A stretch of 64,000 nucleotides of DNA from Octopus vulgaris. Its lineage: Eukaryota. Below the pieces are notes generated by a model, which made no database searches, was not told the DNA's origin, and saw nothing but the letters and a program-made list of their open reading frames with translations. This document shows positions 62,639 to 64,000 of the stretch, in pieces. Position numbers and translations under genes: made by a program. Position 1 is the first letter of the stretch, and every line of letters starts with the position of its first letter. The DNA is taken from the NCBI GenBank assembly GCA_951406725.2, contig OX597833.1, positions 15,314,001 to 15,378,000 of the forward strand, given 5' to 3'.

Positions 62639-63513
62639 TTTGAGTATGTGTGTACAAAAAGTAGAATTCTAACATTACAGATTTCGTTAGATTCGAAGAA
62701 AGTTATAATTACTTGGCATTTATCAGATAAAAATGGACGATATAATTGCATATTGAAATTTGTCGCCTCGGCCAGACAGAATGTAAACTGACTCCGAAAC
62801 TTGAATGTACATTGTTGTTTATTGTTGCTTGTTAAGTCTTTACTTTTTATTTCATTGAACAGCAACAAAAACAAAATAAAACAATAATACTGAAACTATA
62901 ATATAAATCGACATTATCACGTGGATCCGAAAGATTTAATTGTTGGGAAAAAACATAAAACATTGGTAAAATGTTAAATCAAAAACTCAATGATTATATC
63001 TGTAATGAATACTTTGTCCGTACAAATTAGCTTTAAAATATCTAAAAGAACTTTCTTCCATTGCTGAAAATAATATAACGATGTTCTTTAAGAAATTTGC
63101 TCGCATGTGTTCCTCAATGCGTCTGTATATATGCATTCGTATTTCTTTTCACGTCTGGTTCTAATAATAAGATTTGGAAAAAAAGAAACTAATTTTAATA
63201 GTCCGTTTTGTGGTGATACAATAAATCAATTGTTACAAGCTTATTTGATAAACGTTGTACATTTAATTGGTTTCCAAATTAAAAAAGAAAAAAAAAACAT
63301 ACACTGTTCTATAATGCCATCTCCTATAATGAAAAACCAAGCTCATGTTATTGGATACGAAGAATGTTAAGTAACACATGAACTCAGAAAAAGTAAGCCT
63401 CCTGTACGAATGGCGGGGGAGGAGGGGAGAAAATACACCTACAATTCTTGACATTAAACCAATCTTACCTCTTTTACCAGACTCTACTAAATACTATGCT
63501 CTGAAATATATTA

Positions 63514-63577
<64 letters not shown>

Positions 63578-63600
63578 CATTATTATTATTATCATTATTA

Positions 63601-63731
63601 TATGTTTGACTTTTGCTTTACATTTGTACAAGTTGGCTCCAAGTCTCACCCAGAGACCTCAAGAGATAAGTTGGAAGTTCATGTTGGTGTTATGCCTTCG
63701 ATGCCATATATTTGGTTTTGTACTTAGTGTA
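63601..63731 (-). mobile_element. Short 3'-UTR-like retroelement fragment in (TAA)n
   Basis: Homologous to 55218-55378 with the same left boundary ATGTTTGACT. (TTA)n flanks. Confidence 0.65.
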
Positions 63732-64000
63732 TTATTATTATTTTTTTTATTATTTTTATTATTACTATTATTATTATTATTATTATCATCACTATCATAA
63801 CAACATTTATTCTCTCCTACTCATTTCTATGTTGTGTTTTTTTTTTATCCCAAGAGTGACATTTTAAAATAAATCTTACGATACCGAGTTCAAATTTTTA
63901 TCTCGTCTGACTATGAAATGCACAAGCAAATACTTTGGATATTAAACTTACTCTACAAGGAAAATAAATCTGCCTTTTGAAAGAATTTCACTTTTTAAAA

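Overview
AT-rich, repeat-saturated eukaryotic DNA, either intergenic or deep intronic. I found no host exon, intact gene, rRNA, functional tRNA or CRISPR, and most of the supplied ORFs are translations of microsatellites or SINEs. The repeat content looks cephalopod, most like Octopus; this is my inference and I did not verify it. The window holds four tRNA-headed SINE families (labelled A-D here) with more than 35 copies. It also has non-LTR retrotransposon relics (RTE, CR1, Tx1/L1, R4/Dong), Penelope-like terminal repeats, Tc1/mariner relics, non-autonomous Helitrons, a MITE and abundant (TA)n, (TTA)n and (GATA)n. The most notable signals are: (1) a nearly full U6 snRNA copy fused to the 3' stem-loop tail used by SINE-B, with covarying base pairs; (2) a complete type I hammerhead ribozyme in a Penelope-like repeat, plus hammerhead remnants inside several long inverted repeats; (3) SINE-A concatemers of up to 5 units that reuse the same junction and sit inside a single TSD; (4) short segments apparently copied from a few kb away, one of them with microhomology at both joins; (5) elements inserted into (TAA)n tracts. 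Boundaries of degenerate elements are approximate, read by eye.
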